DNA of 63,994 nt, counting the filler, from Streblomastix strix (lineage: Eukaryota): NCBI GenBank assembly GCA_008636045.1. It is 3 parts of 3 records of this genome, joined end to end, with 100 filler letters (N's around TTAATTAATTAA, not from the genome) between each part and the next. Parts side by side here need not be neighbours in the genome. Positions count along the whole stretch, not along the records: positions 43,893 to 63,994 come from SNRW01000458.1; 2 more parts are not named here. One strand, written 5' to 3'. The notes below the pieces were generated by a model, which worked only from the letters and a program-made list of their open reading frames with translations, ran no database searches and was not told where the DNA came from. Position 1 is the stretch's first letter. Every line of letters starts with the position of its first letter. Position numbers and translations under genes: made by a program. Below, piece by piece: positions 63,831 to 63,994 of this stretch.

Positions 63831-63994
63831 ACAAGTGCGATATTGAGCAACAGTTCTATCATAGTAATTGATGAAGCTACATCATGCATAGACGCTGAAA
63901 CAGATAGAAAGATCTAACGTACTATTAGTTAATAATTTCGTGAGAAGACTGTTATTACAATAGCGCATCGACTGGAAACGATGCGTGAGTGTGA
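63831..63994 (+). CDS. ABCC/MRP transporter NBD2 C-terminal fragment
   Basis: AILSNSSIIVIDEATSCIDAETDRKIQRTISQQFREKTVITIAHRLETM (Walker B, D-loop, H-loop). Upstream part not seen. Confidence 0.88.

Overview
AT-rich eukaryotic nuclear DNA read with a non-standard code: TAA/TAG = Gln and TGA is the only stop, so the supplied ORF track misses almost every gene. The code, short GT-AG introns and gene families fit an oxymonad such as Streblomastix (inference). The window is three unlinked contigs joined by 100-nt N/TTAATTAATTAA spacers (21853-21952, 43793-43892). Contig 1 holds an almost complete, mildly decayed ~20-kb Polinton/Maverick-like endogenous virus between two host kinase genes. It encodes a protein-primed PolB with vOTU-like and HNH domains, an RVE integrase, an A32 ATPase, major and minor capsid proteins, two phage-like fibres and an adenovirus-protein-VI-like amphipathic peptide. 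Five copies of a 24-bp hairpin element are scattered through it, four of them inside ORFs without breaking the frame. Contig 2 has a beta-helix surface protein, a Tc1/mariner-type MITE nested in a Sola-like transposase relic, DIRS fragments, a pPolB plus primase-helicase relic, and a Sola-like transposase preceded by a USP-like domain. Contig 3 has relics of other Polinton-like viruses (pPolB N-terminus, primase-helicase, Fic protein, fibres, PrimPol, palindromic repeats), a TIR MITE with an ATAT target duplication, a pogo-like transposase and an ABCC fragment. All calls come from manual translation and motif recognition; no searches were run.
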